Source of the DNA: Dickeya dadantii NCPPB 898
Lineage (GTDB): Bacteria; Pseudomonadota; Gammaproteobacteria; Enterobacterales; Enterobacteriaceae
Direction of reading: 5' to 3'
DNA: 32,000 nucleotides
Assembly: GCF_000406145.1 (NCBI RefSeq)
Contig: NZ_CM001976.1
Location: 1,117,263 to 1,149,262 of the forward strand
Numbering within the stretch: the first letter of the stretch is position 1; each line of letters opens with the position of its first letter. The translations under genes and the position numbers were made by a program. The notes under the pieces are model-generated. The model was not told where the DNA came from, did no database searches, and worked only from the letters and a program-made list of their open reading frames with translations. Positions 17,258-27,030 of the stretch are shown piece by piece.

Positions 17258-20200
17258 TTATTTCACCGCGTACGCGCTGTCGAGCTGGCTGACGCCCAGA
17301 CCGTTGCGCTTTCTGACCCGGATTTGTACCTGGATACGATCTTTCATCGCTTCCACGTGGCTGATGACGCCGATGCTCTTACCGGACGCATTCAGGTTAT
17401 CCAGCACGTCCAGCGCGGTATCCAGCGTCTCGCCGTCCAGCGTGCCAAAGCCTTCGTCGAGGAACAGCGAGTCGATGCGGGTTTTGGTGCTGACCAGGTC
17501 GGATAGCGCCAGCGCCAGCGCCAGACTGACCAGGAAGCTTTCGCCGCCGGACAGCGTGCGGGTATCGCGCACCGCGTCGGCCTGCCAGGTATCGGCCACC
17601 TGCAATTCCAGCGTGTCGGATGCCTTGCGTTGCAGCAGATAGCGCCCATGCAGGCGCGATAGCTGGCGGTTAGCCAGAAACACCAGATGGTCCAGCGTCA
17701 GCCCCTGTGCGAAGCGGCGGAACTTGTCGCCTTTCTGCGAGCCAATCAACTGGTTGAGGTAGCCCCAGTCGTCGCACTGTTGCTGACCGCGGGCGATTGC
17801 CTCCAGCAGCAGGCGTTGTTTGTCGCGGCGTTGCTGATCGCTGGCAAGCTGCTGGCGCAGTTGGCCCTGATGTTCGACTTCGGTTTTCACCATGTCCCCG
17901 AGTCCGGAGAGCAACTGACGGATATCCCAGTCGCTGATGCCTTCCGGCATCGATTCCGGCCGGGTCGCCATGTGCTGCTCCAGCGTGCTGTTCGCCTGCT
18001 GCAACAGCGCCTCCACCTGCTGCTGGCGCTGACTGAGCCGTTCCTTCAGCGTGAGGAGTTGATGGCGCTCGGCCTCGTTCAGCAAGGCGTGACGGAAGGC
18101 GGCTTCATCGTCGAAGCCGGCGGCGGTCAATTCTTCCGCAAACTGGGCCTGAAGCTGCTGCAATGCAGTTTCGGCATGCTGGTGTTGCTGTTCCAGACTG
18201 TCGATTTCCCCGTTCAGGCGGCTTTGCTGCGACTGGCCCTGTTGCCATTGCTGCTGCGCCTGCTGGCTTTCCAGCTCCAGCGTCTGGCTGACCTGCCGCA
18301 ACTGCTTCAGCACGTCGTTCACCGCCTGATTGCCCATCAGTTGCCAGCGCTGTTGCTGCGCCTGTTCCAGCGTGTGCTGGGTATCGGCCAGTTGCTGCTG
18401 ATAAGTTTTGATGGCGGCGTCGGTTTCTTCCTGTCGCTGCTGGCTGGCGATGATTTCCGCTTCCAGTGCGGCCAGTTGCGGCTGACACTGATGTTGTTCG
18501 TGTTCGTTTTCCTGCCAGCGCAGCCATTCCGTCTGGCGCTGACGCAGCCAGTCTTCCTGCTGCGCCAGCGCGGGCGCCGTTAGTTCAAACGTTTCCATCG
18601 TCTGGCTAAGGCTGTCGTGCAGGCGTTGTAACTCGCGTTCGGTTTTTTCCAGCAACAGCCGTAGTTCGTCCCGAGAGGCGTGCAGCGATGTTTGCTGCTG
18701 GGTATTCAACTCCAGTTGCTGGACGGTTTGCGCCAGCAGTTGCTGCGCCGAGGTGAGTAAATCCTTACTTTCCTGAATATGGCGCTGATTGCGTTCACGG
18801 CTGGCGATCTGCGCCTGCAGCGACTGCTCCTGCGCGTTGGCTTCTTCAATCCACTGATGCAAGGCCGGCAGTTGCAGCGGATCGAAGTCAACAAGTAAGC
18901 GTTCACTGACTGATTGGCACTGCAACTGCAGCGACTCGTAATCGCGGCGAACGCCGTCGAGCGCGTTTTGCTGCTGCTGGCGGTGCTGTTTTTGCAACTG
19001 AAGCTGGGTTTCGGTCTGCACCACGCTGGCTTTCAGCGCCTCGACTTCCTGACGCAGCGCATGCAGCCGGAGCTGAGTTTCCGACGGGCGTAGCGCCTGA
19101 TAGCGCTCCACCGCCGGATGATGCGGGGAGCCGCACAGCGGGCACTCTTTGCCCGGTTGCAGTTGCTGACGCTCGCGTTCCAGACTGACGATGCGCAGCT
19201 CCAGCTCGTGGCGCTTGTCGAGGTCGGCCAGATGATCGGCCTGACGCTGATAGTCCTGACGCTGCTGGGTCTGTTGCTCTTCCAGCGCCTGAATACGGCG
19301 CTGGGTATCCAGCTGTTGCGCGTCCAGTAAGGTGCGCTGGCTCATCAACTGCTGTAACACGGCGGCGCTGGTGGCTAACTGCTGGCGATCCGGCCGCTCG
19401 GCCATAAGCCGGGCCAGTTGCTGGCGCAGGTTTGCCAGCGGTTGCTCCGCCTCCAGTTGTTCATCCTGTTGCAGATGTTCGGCCAGCAGTTGCCGGGCGC
19501 GTTCGCAGGCGCTTTGCTGCGCCTGCTGTTTTTCGGCGAGCGAAGCGCGCTGCTGGTCAAGGTACTCCGCCTGAATCTGCTGCTGCGCCGCTTTTTCCTG
19601 CAGCACCTGCAAGTCCTGCTGCCATTTCTGCTGCTGGGGAAATTGCGCCTGCCATAGCGGAATATGGCTGCCCAGATGCTGGTGGCGGCTATGTTGCTGG
19701 CGATAGGCTTCGATGTCGGCCAGCCGTTGCCGCGTCTGTTCCTGCTGGCGCTGCAGTTTGCTCAGGCTGGCGATCAGCGTTTTCTGCAGTTCAAGCAGAC
19801 TATCCAGCGCCTGTTGCTGCTGGGCGCGCTGGGCCTGCTGGGTGGCGATGTGATGGTCGAGCGGCAGAATACGTTCATTAATCAACGTTTCCTGCTGCTG
19901 GCGATGCTCGGCGTGTTGCTGGCGGGCGGACAGCGTTTTTTCCAACTGGGCTTTCAACAGATTGAGCGCATCCTGCTGGCGGCCGACCTGCTGGCGAACG
20001 CTATTCAACTGGTGGGTCAGGCGCTGTTTCTCCCGCAGCGCGCGCTCGCGTTCATCAAAGCGCGGACGCAGTTTTTCCGCTGGTTCGCTACGCTGCAATT
20101 TATCCAACTGCGTTTGCGACTGTTGCTGCAATTGTTCCTGCGCGGCGTGCTGCTGCTGAGCCTGCTGTTGCGCCTGTTGGTGCTGCAACAGCGTGTCGTA

Positions 20201-20941
20201 CCAGCGCTGATGCTCCAGCACCTCTTCCCGGTGCAGCGACAGCGACTGTTCCTGCTGGCGGATGGCTTCCAACTGCTGCTCCAGCGCCTGACGCTGCTCG
20301 TCGCTCAGCAGCTCCAGCGTGGCGACCTGCGCCCGCAGGGTTTCCAACTGGCTCTGGGCGTCTTTGTGTTTCTCGAATACCCGCTCCGAGATCTGGCCGT
20401 AAATATCGGTGCCGGTCAGCTCTTCCAGCAACTCGGCACGCTGATTGGCATCGGCATTCAGGAAGGCGGCGAATTGCCCCTGGGACAGCATCATCGATTT
20501 GGTGAAACGCTCAAAATCCAGCCCGGTGATATCGGCGATCAGCGTCAGCTTATCGTTCACTTTGTCGGTAAGGATTTTGCCGTCGGCGCACAGCGCCAGT
20601 TCCACCTTGGGCGGCTGCAGATTGCCTTCCGGGCTGTTATGGGCGCGGCGCTGGCTCCAGAAGGCGCGGTAAGCGACGTTCTTCACCTCGAATTCCACTT
20701 CCGCCAGACATTCGGCGGTGTGGCGCGTCATCAGTTCGTTCTGGCTGGGGCCGACTTTCAGGCGCGGCGTCTGGTGGTACAGCGCGAGGCAGATGGCGTC
20801 CAGCAACGTGGTTTTGCCTGCGCCGGTGGGACCGGTGATGGCAAACAGGCTGTTGCTGGCGAACGGCTCGCGGGTGAAATCGATTTTCCACTCGCCCTGT
20901 AGCGAGTTGAGGTTTTTCAGGCGCAGGCTAAGAATTTTCAT
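17258..20941 (-). CDS. sbcC: SbcCD nuclease, ATPase/coiled-coil subunit SbcC
   Basis: The 1227-aa product has Walker [15 protein letters not shown], a very long Q/L/E-rich coiled coil, the central zinc hook [10 protein letters not shown], the signature LSGGE, Walker [12 protein letters not shown] and the D-loop/H-loop GVISH. Its start overlaps the sbcD stop (ATGA). Confidence 0.92.
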   Translation of the reverse strand: MKILSLRLKNLNSLQGEWKIDFTREPFASNSLFAITGPTGAGKTTLLDAICLALYHQTPRLKVGPSQNELMTRHTAECLAEVEFEVKNVAYRAFWSQRRAHNSPEGNLQPPKVELALCADGKILTDKVNDKLTLIADITGLDFERFTKSMMLSQGQFAAFLNADANQRAELLEELTGTDIYGQISERVFEKHKDAQSQLETLRAQVATLELLSDEQRQALEQQLEAIRQQEQSLSLHREEVLEHQRWYDTLLQHQQAQQQAQQQHAAQEQLQQQSQTQLDKLQRSEPAEKLRPRFDERERALREKQRLTHQLNSVRQQVGRQQDALNLLKAQLEKTLSARQQHAEHRQQQETLINERILPLDHHIATQQAQRAQQQQALDSLLELQKTLIASLSKLQRQQEQTRQRLADIEAYRQQHSRHQHLGSHIPLWQAQFPQQQKWQQDLQVLQEKAAQQQIQAEYLDQQRASLAEKQQAQQSACERARQLLAEHLQQDEQLEAEQPLANLRQQLARLMAERPDRQQLATSAAVLQQLMSQRTLLDAQQLDTQRRIQALEEQQTQQRQDYQRQADHLADLDKRHELELRIVSLERERQQLQPGKECPLCGSPHHPAVERYQALRPSETQLRLHALRQEVEALKASVVQTETQLQLQKQHRQQQQNALDGVRRDYESLQLQCQSVSERLLVDFDPLQLPALHQWIEEANAQEQSLQAQIASRERNQRHIQESKDLLTSAQQLLAQTVQQLELNTQQQTSLHASRDELRLLLEKTERELQRLHDSLSQTMETFELTAPALAQQEDWLRQRQTEWLRWQENEHEQHQCQPQLAALEAEIIASQQRQEETDAAIKTYQQQLADTQHTLEQAQQQRWQLMGNQAVNDVLKQLRQVSQTLELESQQAQQQWQQGQSQQSRLNGEIDSLEQQHQHAETALQQLQAQFAEELTAAGFDDEAAFRHALLNEAERHQLLTLKERLSQRQQQVEALLQQANSTLEQHMATRPESMPEGISDWDIRQLLSGLGDMVKTEVEHQGQLRQQLASDQQRRDKQRLLLEAIARGQQQCDDWGYLNQLIGSQKGDKFRRFAQGLTLDHLVFLANRQLSRLHGRYLLQRKASDTLELQVADTWQADAVRDTRTLSGGESFLVSLALALALSDLVSTKTRIDSLFLDEGFGTLDGETLDTALDVLDNLNASGKSIGVISHVEAMKDRIQVQIRVRKRNGLGVSQLDSAYAVK

Positions 20942-22170
20942 GCGGACGCCTCCCGTCGCTGCTCGTCAATTTCCTGAATAACCCGATCGAACAAGCCTTT
21001 CAGGCGCTGCTGACGAGGCTCGTCCAAATCGTTCTCCTGCGCCAGACGCCGGGCAAACACCTCGGCGGGATGTAGCTCCTCCAGCGTTTCCTTCTCCAGT
21101 TGCACCAGCATTTGTTGTTGCTGTTCCCGCGCCCGGCGCAGCAGCAGCACTTCCACATTCAGCGGTTCAGTCAGCGTTTGAATGTGTTGCTGCATGTCGC
21201 TCAGATAATCCTGGGTGGCGATTTCAATATCCAGCCACACCGCTTTGTCGCCATGATAGTCGCGGAATCCGGCCAGCCGGCGTTCGATCTCCGGCAGATT
21301 GCCTTTGACCAGTTGCATCGGCTGCTCGGTCGGTATGGTCAGTGCGGTAACCTCGTGCAGTTTACCCTGCTCGAAATGCACCAGATACACTGATTTCTCA
21401 TGATTCAGTTCGTCAAAACTCAGCGGAATCGGCGAGCCGCTGTAACGGATGTGCTCGCATTGCGCTACTCGCTGCGGGCGATGAATATGGCCGAGCGCAA
21501 TGTAGTCCGCCGGGGGGAATGCCTGCGCCGGGAACGCGTCCAGCGTGCCGATATAGATATCGCGCACCGAATCGGACGTGGCGACGCCCACCGTGGTGAG
21601 GTGGCCCGTCAGGACAATCGGCAGTTCGCGGCCCAGCGTTTCTCGCTGCTCGCAGGCGAGCTGATAACAGCGCTGATAATGGCTGGCGATGGCGTCCTGC
21701 AACGCCTGCTGTTTTTGCGCGCCGGACTGGCCGGCCTGGCTGGTGAGCACGTCGCGCGGACGCAGAAAGGGAACGGCGCACAGCAGCGCGCCTGGCTCGC
21801 CCGCGCGGTTGTTCAGCACCAGCACCTGCTCGTTGATATCGCCGTCAAAGCCGGCAATCACCCGGGTATTCAGGCAGGCCAGCAGCGCGCGTGATTCATT
21901 CAGCGTGGCGACCGAATCGTGGTTGCCGCCCATTACCACCAACTGGCAGCCGGTGCGCTGCAACGCCACCACAAAATGGTTATACATTTCACGGGCATAA
22001 CTGGGCGGTGCGCCGTTATCGAACACATCACCTGCTACTATTACTGCATCGGCCTGATGCTGCTCAACCTGCTGAACCAGCCAGTGCAAAAACGCCTGAT
22101 GCTCAGGCGCACGGCTCCGGGTATAAAAGTACTGACCGAGATGCCAGTCAGACGTATGAATAATTCGCAT
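20938..22170 (-). CDS. sbcD: SbcCD nuclease subunit SbcD (Mre11-like phosphoesterase)
   Basis: Starting from ATG22170 the product is 410 aa, [13 protein letters not shown]... (motif I DxH), with GDVFD, GGNHD, GHLT and GHIH phosphoesterase motifs. GGGAG precedes the ATG. The 54 upstream codons in the track ORF are not SbcD-like. Confidence 0.92.
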   Translation of the reverse strand: MRIIHTSDWHLGQYFYTRSRAPEHQAFLHWLVQQVEQHQADAVIVAGDVFDNGAPPSYAREMYNHFVVALQRTGCQLVVMGGNHDSVATLNESRALLACLNTRVIAGFDGDINEQVLVLNNRAGEPGALLCAVPFLRPRDVLTSQAGQSGAQKQQALQDAIASHYQRCYQLACEQRETLGRELPIVLTGHLTTVGVATSDSVRDIYIGTLDAFPAQAFPPADYIALGHIHRPQRVAQCEHIRYSGSPIPLSFDELNHEKSVYLVHFEQGKLHEVTALTIPTEQPMQLVKGNLPEIERRLAGFRDYHGDKAVWLDIEIATQDYLSDMQQHIQTLTEPLNVEVLLLRRAREQQQQMLVQLEKETLEELHPAEVFARRLAQENDLDEPRQQRLKGLFDRVIQEIDEQRREASA

Positions 22171-22185
22171 GAGACTCCCTGCAGG

Positions 22186-22217
22186 TGAGTGCAAACGATA
22201 TTGAGTGCAAACGATAT
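22186..22217. repeat. Perfect 16-bp tandem duplication in the sbcD leader
   Basis: tgagtgcaaacgatat occurs at 22186-22201 and again exactly at 22202-22217. This is 16-47 nt upstream of the sbcD start codon on the minus strand. Confidence 0.95.
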
Positions 22218-22480
22218 ATTGTTTTGGCGGTGTTCGCGGACAAGGGCATAAGGCGGGCACCTGTATGTCATGGCGAAACGCCGCGTCTTTATCATCGGCG
22301 ATTATAGGCGTGCAGTTTAGGGCATGTCCCATAATATCTGTATGGCCCCGGCTACCTGGGGATGTTTGGCTGCGTTGTTGCAGGCGGATAATATGAGAAA
22401 TTTAGCGCGCCGACGCTCTCCGGCATCGGCCGGGGGCCGCGGCCGTCGGGGAGGAAACGCGCCGCGGGCAGGGGTGCCGT

Positions 22481-22514
22481 TTTTCATAAATCTGTCATAA
22501 AACTGACGCATAAT
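22481..22514 (+). promoter_or_regulatory. phoB promoter: Pho boxes plus -10 element
   Basis: Three 11-bp units lie at 22481-22513: TTTTCATAAAT, CTGTCATAAAA and CTGACGCATAA. The -10 CATAAT is at 22509-22514. This is nearly identical to the E. coli phoB Pho-box promoter as I recall it (TTTTCATAAATCTGTCATAAATCTGACGCATAATG), and it lies 43 nt upstream of the phoB ATG. Confidence 0.85.
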
Positions 22515-22556
22515 GCACACCGCACGCTAACCGTGACGATTAACGGCAGGATTGAT

Positions 22557-23246
22557 ATGGCAAGACGTATTTTGGTGGTGGAAGATGAAGCGCCGATCCG
22601 CGAGATGGTGTGCTTCGTGCTGGAACAGAACGGCTATCAGCCGGTTGAGGCTGAGGATTATGACAGCGCCGTTACCCGGCTGGCCGAACCTTATCCTGAA
22701 CTGGTGCTGCTGGACTGGATGCTACCCGGCGGGTCCGGTTTGCAGTTTATCAAGCACATGAAACGCGAAGCGCTGACCCGTGATATTCCGGTCATGATGC
22801 TGACGGCGCGTGGTGAAGAAGAAGATCGCGTGCGCGGTCTGGAAGTGGGCGCCGACGACTACATCACCAAACCGTTTTCGCCCAAAGAGCTGGTGGCGCG
22901 CATCAAAGCGGTGATGCGCCGGATTTCGCCGATGGCGGTTGAAGAAGTGATTGAAATGCGCGGGTTGAGCCTGGACCCCTCGTCCCATCGGGTGACTACG
23001 GAAGAACACGCGCTGGATATGGGGCCGACGGAGTTCAAGCTACTGCACTTCTTTATGACCCATCCGGAACGGGTATATAGTCGTGAGCAGTTGCTGAATC
23101 ATGTATGGGGCACTAACGTTTATGTTGAGGATCGGACTGTGGATGTCCATATCCGCCGCCTGCGCAAGGCGCTGGAAACCAGTGGACACGACAAGATGGT
23201 TCAGACCGTTCGGGGAACTGGATACCGTTTCTCAACACGTTACTGA
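22557..23246 (+). CDS. phoB: Phosphate regulon response regulator PhoB
   Basis: [38 protein letters not shown]...[11 protein letters not shown]...[21 protein letters not shown]... is followed by a winged-helix C-terminus ([14 protein letters not shown]...[12 protein letters not shown]). The product is 229 aa starting at ATG22557. Confidence 0.95.
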   Translation: MARRILVVEDEAPIREMVCFVLEQNGYQPVEAEDYDSAVTRLAEPYPELVLLDWMLPGGSGLQFIKHMKREALTRDIPVMMLTARGEEEDRVRGLEVGADDYITKPFSPKELVARIKAVMRRISPMAVEEVIEMRGLSLDPSSHRVTTEEHALDMGPTEFKLLHFFMTHPERVYSREQLLNHVWGTNVYVEDRTVDVHIRRLRKALETSGHDKMVQTVRGTGYRFSTRY

Positions 23247-23273
23247 TAGCGTGAGTCCCGGAGAAAATCTGAC

Positions 23274-24596
23274 GTGCTAGAACGTTTGTCCTGGAAAAAG
23301 CTGGCGCTGGAGCTGGCTTTTTTTTGTTTGCCCGGTCTGCTGCTGGGGCTGATTATCGGCTATCTGCCCTGGTTCCTGCTGGCGTCGGTACTGGCGGCGC
23401 TGTGCTGGAACTTCTATAACCAGCTGCGTTTATCTTACTGGCTGTGGGTTGACCGCAGCATGACCCCGCCGCCCGGCCGCTGGAGCTGGGAACCTCTGTT
23501 TTACGGCTTGTATCAGATGCAACTGCGTAACCGCCGCCGCCGGCGTGAGCTGGCGCTGCTGATCAAACGCTTTCGCAGTGGGGCGGAATCATTACCGGAT
23601 GCGGTGGTGATCACTACCGAAGAGGGCGGCATCATCTGGTGTAACCGGCTGGCCCAGCACCTGCTCAGCTTTCGCTGGCCGGAAGACAACGGCCAGAACA
23701 TCCTCAACCTGCTGCGTTACCCGGAATTCACCCAGTACATGCAACTGCAGGATTTCAGCCGCCCGCTGACGCTGACGTTGAAAAACGCCCACCACGTAGA
23801 ATTCCGGGTGATGCCCTATTCGGAAGGCCAACTGCTGATGGTGGCCCGCGATGTGACCCAGATGCATCAACTGGAGGGCGCGCGGCGCAACTTTTTCGCC
23901 AACGTCAGCCACGAGCTGCGCACACCGTTGACGGTGTTGCAGGGCTATCTGGAGATGATGAACGACGAATCGTTGGATGGCGCGTTGCAGTCCAAGGCGT
24001 TGCACACCATGCAGGAGCAAACCCGCCGCATGGACGGGCTGGTGCGGCAATTGCTGACGCTGTCGCGCATCGAAGCCGCCGCCGCCATCGATCTCAACGA
24101 GAAGGTGGATATCCCGCTGATGCTGCGGCTGCTCAAGCGTGAAGCCGATACCCTGAGTCAGGGGCGTCACGAGATTGTGTTTCGCGTCAATGAGCAACTG
24201 CAGGTGTTCGGCAACGAAGAACAGTTGCGCAGCGCGGTGTCGAACCTGGTGTATAACGCCGTCAACCATACGCCGCAGGGCACCCGCATTGAGGTGTGCT
24301 GGCAGCAGACGCCGCAGGGCGCGCAGTTCCAGGTCAGCGATAACGGGCCGGGCATCGCCGCCGAACACCTTCCGCGCCTGACCGAACGTTTTTATCGTGT
24401 CGACAAGGCCCGTTCGCGCCAGACCGGCGGCAGCGGGCTGGGGCTGGCGATCGTCAAGCATGCGCTCAGCCACCACGACTCCCGGCTGGAAATTCTCAGC
24501 GAAGAAGGCGCCGGCTCCCGTTTCATGTTCACGTTGCCGAACCGGCTGATTGTCCGTTCGGTGCTGAATCAGAACACGGCGAACCCACAGTTGTGA
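23274..24596 (+). CDS. phoR: Phosphate regulon sensor histidine kinase PhoR
   Basis: The start is GTG, as in E. coli. [14 protein letters not shown]...[18 protein letters not shown]...[29 protein letters not shown]...[27 protein letters not shown] (H-box) ...DNGPGI...[12 protein letters not shown] (G-boxes). Confidence 0.95.
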   Translation: MLERLSWKKLALELAFFCLPGLLLGLIIGYLPWFLLASVLAALCWNFYNQLRLSYWLWVDRSMTPPPGRWSWEPLFYGLYQMQLRNRRRRRELALLIKRFRSGAESLPDAVVITTEEGGIIWCNRLAQHLLSFRWPEDNGQNILNLLRYPEFTQYMQLQDFSRPLTLTLKNAHHVEFRVMPYSEGQLLMVARDVTQMHQLEGARRNFFANVSHELRTPLTVLQGYLEMMNDESLDGALQSKALHTMQEQTRRMDGLVRQLLTLSRIEAAAAIDLNEKVDIPLMLRLLKREADTLSQGRHEIVFRVNEQLQVFGNEEQLRSAVSNLVYNAVNHTPQGTRIEVCWQQTPQGAQFQVSDNGPGIAAEHLPRLTERFYRVDKARSRQTGGSGLGLAIVKHALSHHDSRLEILSEEGAGSRFMFTLPNRLIVRSVLNQNTANPQL

Positions 24597-24601
24597 TAGC
24601 T

Positions 24602-24628
24602 GCGGCGGGGCTTGATTGTCCCCGCCGC
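24602..24628 (+). terminator. Hairpin just after the phoR stop (terminator or attenuator candidate)
   Basis: GCGGCGGGG (24602-24610), a 9-nt loop, CCCCGCCGC (24620-24628). No T-tract follows, so read-through into the PstS-like gene is plausible. Confidence 0.35.
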
Positions 24629-24677
24629 TGTGCCGAAAATAGCGGGTTCTTGTCTCTTACCCCGATGGAAACCACAG

Positions 24678-25655
24678 ATGATACCCACCCGCCGCCTGCT
24701 TGCCTTGCTGTTGTGCCTGTTCGGTCAGGCCGCCGCCGCTGCGCCGCAGGCTATGCTGGCGGGCAACCTATCCAGCGCCGGCTCCGACACGCTGGCAAAC
24801 CTGATGACCTTCTGGGCGGCGGATTTCAGCCAGCATTACCCCGGCGTTAACCTGCAGATTCAGGCGGCCGGTTCGTCGTCGGCGCCGACGGCGCTGGCGG
24901 CAGGGGCGGCACAGCTGGGGCCGATGAGCCGGCCGATGAAGAGCAGCGAAATCGAAGCGTTCGAACAGCATTACGGGTATGCGCCGACAGCGGTGCCGGT
25001 GGCGCTGGACGCGCTGGTGGTGCTGGTCAATCAGGACAACCCGATTACCGGGCTGACGGTGCGCCAGCTTGACGCCATCTTCTCCGTGACGCGACGCTGC
25101 GGCGCCGGGAAAACGGTGCAACGCTGGCAGGAACTGGGGCTGAACGGCGTCTGGCAACAACGATCGCTGCTGCGTTATGGGCGCAATTCGGCCTCCGGCA
25201 CCTATGGCTTCTTCAAACAACAGGCGCTGTGCGGCGGCGATTTCCTGCCGCAGGTCAACGAATTGCCCGGCTCCGCCTCGGTGGTGCAGGCGGTAGCGGC
25301 GTCGGTCAACGCCATCGGTTACGCCAGCATCGGTTTTCGCGCCAGCGGGGTGCGGGTGTTGCCGCTGGCGGCCAGCGACAAGGACGATTACGTGTTGCCG
25401 ACCGCCGACACCATCCGCAGCGGGCGCTATCCCTATACGCGTTATCTCTACATTTACGTCAATAAAATGCCGGGTAAACCGCTGGAACCGCTGACCGCCG
25501 CGTTTCTTGACCGGGTGTTGTCAGCGCCGGGGCAGGCGCTGGTCAGCCAGGATGGTTACCTGCCGCTACCGGAAATCACGCGCGAACAGGCCAGACAACT
25601 GCTCGGGCTTGACGATGCGACGCCGGCATCGGAGAGCGATCCTGCGAAAAACTGA
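24678..25655 (+). CDS. PstS-family periplasmic phosphate-binding protein (orphan, no pstCAB adjacent)
   Basis: ATG24678 gives the signal peptide MIPTRRLLALLLCLFGQAAAAAP. This is followed by a PBP-like fold with GSDTLANLM...IQAAGSSSAPTALAAGAAQLGPMSRPMK...YGRNSASGTYGFF, typical of COG0226/PstS-like proteins. Confidence 0.8.
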   Translation: MIPTRRLLALLLCLFGQAAAAAPQAMLAGNLSSAGSDTLANLMTFWAADFSQHYPGVNLQIQAAGSSSAPTALAAGAAQLGPMSRPMKSSEIEAFEQHYGYAPTAVPVALDALVVLVNQDNPITGLTVRQLDAIFSVTRRCGAGKTVQRWQELGLNGVWQQRSLLRYGRNSASGTYGFFKQQALCGGDFLPQVNELPGSASVVQAVAASVNAIGYASIGFRASGVRVLPLAASDKDDYVLPTADTIRSGRYPYTRYLYIYVNKMPGKPLEPLTAAFLDRVLSAPGQALVSQDGYLPLPEITREQARQLLGLDDATPASESDPAKN

Positions 25656-25664
25656 TGAGCAAAA

Positions 25665-25677
25665 TGAATTTATTTCA
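25665..25677. promoter_or_regulatory. MetR-box-like dyad TGAA-N5-TTCA
   Basis: TGAATTTATTTCA (25665-25677) fits the MetR consensus TGAANNNNNTTCA exactly. It lies ~180 bp upstream of the intact MetE-like gene. This is a sequence match only. Confidence 0.35.
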
Positions 25678-25731
25678 TGTGTCGTGAAAATTCTTCTATT
25701 GTCGTTGAGAAAAACGCATGACAGGATAGCT

Positions 25732-25755
25732 TCACTTCTAGCCGTCTGGATGGCT
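25732..25755. promoter_or_regulatory. Three tandem Met-box-like octamers (candidate MetJ operator)
   Basis: TCACTTCT, AGCCGTCT and GGATGGCT match the Met box AGACGTCT at 5/8, 7/8 and 5/8 positions in consecutive phase. They lie ~105 bp upstream of the ATG at 25859. Confidence 0.35.
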
Positions 25756-25778
25756 ATAAAGTTCAGCGGCGTAATTGT

Positions 25779-25808
25779 TTCATCTAAAAACCATTCATCT
25801 GAAAACCA
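25779..25808. repeat. 15-bp tandem duplication (14/15 identical) in the leader of the intact MetE-like gene
   Basis: ttcatctaaaaacca (25779-25793) is followed by ttcatctgaaaacca (25794-25808). A related ctgaaacca follows at 25814-25822. Confidence 0.9.
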
Positions 25809-25858
25809 ACTGCCTGAAACCAGGTTGTTTCGTGTCAGCTGAAATGCAGGAGCAAACC

Positions 25859-26965
25859 ATGACACAAGCCCTTCCTCCGTTCCGTGCCGATGTGGTCGGC
25901 AGTTTGTTGCGTCCGGCTGCCATCAAGCAGGCGCGTTTACAGTTTCAGGCCGGTGAGATTGATGCCGCTGCGTTGCGCCGCGTCGAAGATCAGGAAATTC
26001 AGCGTGCGGTGGAATTGCAGCGCGCGGCGGGTCTGCAACTGGTGACCGACGGCGAGTTTCGCCGCGCTTGGTGGCATTTTGACTTCTTTGACAACCTGAA
26101 TGGCGTGGAGCGCTATGAAGCGGAGCAGGGCATCCAGTTCAACGGCGTGCAGACCAAAGCTCGCGGCGTAAAAGTCACCGGCAAGGTCAGTTTTAATCCG
26201 CAGCACCCGATGCTGGACGATTTCCGTTTCCTTAAAAGCGTGGCCGGCGATGCCGTCGCCAAAATGACTATCCCCAGCCCGAGCGTGCTGCACTTCCGCG
26301 GCGGCCGTAGCGTGATCGACAGTACCGTTTATCCGGATCTGGCCGACTACTTCGACGATCTGGCGCAGACCTGGCATGATGCGATCCACGCGTTTTATGA
26401 AGCGGGCTGCCGTTATCTGCAACTGGACGACACCGTATGGGCTTATCTGTGCTCCGAAGACCAGAAACGCCAGATCCGTGAACGTGGCGATGATCCGGAT
26501 TATCTGCGTCGCACCTATGCGCAGGTGCTGAACAAGGCGCTGGAAGGCAAACCTGCCGATCTGGTAGTGGGCCTGCATGTTTGCCGCGGCAACTTCCGTT
26601 CCACCTGGATTTCCGAAGGCGGCTATGGGCCGGTGGCGGAAACCCTGTTCGGCGAAGTCAATGTGGACGCGTTCTTCCTCGAATACGACACCGAGCGGGC
26701 GGGCGGGTTCGAACCGCTGCGTTTCATCAAACCGGGTCACCAGAAAGTGGTGCTGGGCCTGATTACCACCAAGACCGGGGCGCTGGAAAAAGCGGACGAC
26801 GTGCAGCAGCGCATCGCCGAAGCGACGCAATATATTGCGCTGGACCAACTGTGCTTAAGCCCGCAGTGCGGCTTTGCGTCTACCGAAGAGGGCAACACGC
26901 TGTCGGAAGAGCAGCAGTGGGCCAAACTGAAACTGGTGGTGGATATCGCCAAACGCGTCTGGTAA
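25859..26965 (+). CDS. Cobalamin-independent methionine synthase II family protein (MetE C-terminal-domain / YxjG-YxjH-like), intact
   Basis: ATG25859 is preceded by GCAGGAGC. The 368-aa product MTQALPPFRADVVGSLLRPAAIKQARLQ...GLQLVTDGEFRR...LHVCRGN (His/Cys zinc ligands) ...LCLSPQCGFAS (Cys ligand) ...EQQWAKLKLVVDIAKRVW has the family length and motifs. Confidence 0.85.
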   Translation: MTQALPPFRADVVGSLLRPAAIKQARLQFQAGEIDAAALRRVEDQEIQRAVELQRAAGLQLVTDGEFRRAWWHFDFFDNLNGVERYEAEQGIQFNGVQTKARGVKVTGKVSFNPQHPMLDDFRFLKSVAGDAVAKMTIPSPSVLHFRGGRSVIDSTVYPDLADYFDDLAQTWHDAIHAFYEAGCRYLQLDDTVWAYLCSEDQKRQIRERGDDPDYLRRTYAQVLNKALEGKPADLVVGLHVCRGNFRSTWISEGGYGPVAETLFGEVNVDAFFLEYDTERAGGFEPLRFIKPGHQKVVLGLITTKTGALEKADDVQQRIAEATQYIALDQLCLSPQCGFASTEEGNTLSEEQQWAKLKLVVDIAKRVW

Positions 26966-26999
26966 CGGCCGATTCTGCAGGTCAGTACACTTTTTTTAT

Positions 27000-27030
27000 A
27001 ACGCCGGTGCTTATTACCGGCGTTTTTTAT
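27000..27030 (+). terminator. Rho-independent terminator after the MetE-like gene
   Basis: AACGCCGGT (27000-27008), loop gcttatt, ACCGGCGTT (27016-27024) running into TTTTTT (27023-28). Confidence 0.8.

Noticed and set aside
17687-20902. Long + strand ORFs (298 aa at 17687-18583 and 412 aa at 19664-20902) inside sbcC.
   Set aside because: They are antisense to the CAG/CTG-rich coiled-coil coding region. The L/Q/R-rich translations are mirror images of the SbcC repeats, and there are no SD or start signals.
17258-22170. SbcC/SbcD considered as a possible novel SMC/nuclease-type defence module (Wadjet/Lamassu/Gabija-like).
   Set aside because: The pair has the canonical SbcCD motifs, the overlapping ATGA junction, and the conserved chromosomal position between mak and phoB. 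There are no extra partner genes. This is the housekeeping hairpin nuclease.
22205-22520. Track ORFs 22205-22396 (+, 63 aa) and 22317-22520 (-, 67 aa) in the sbcD-phoB intergenic region.
   Set aside because: Neither has an SD. Their compositions are odd (R/P/C-rich), and the minus-strand ORF would run through the Pho boxes and -10 of phoB. They are more likely non-coding regulatory or structured DNA.
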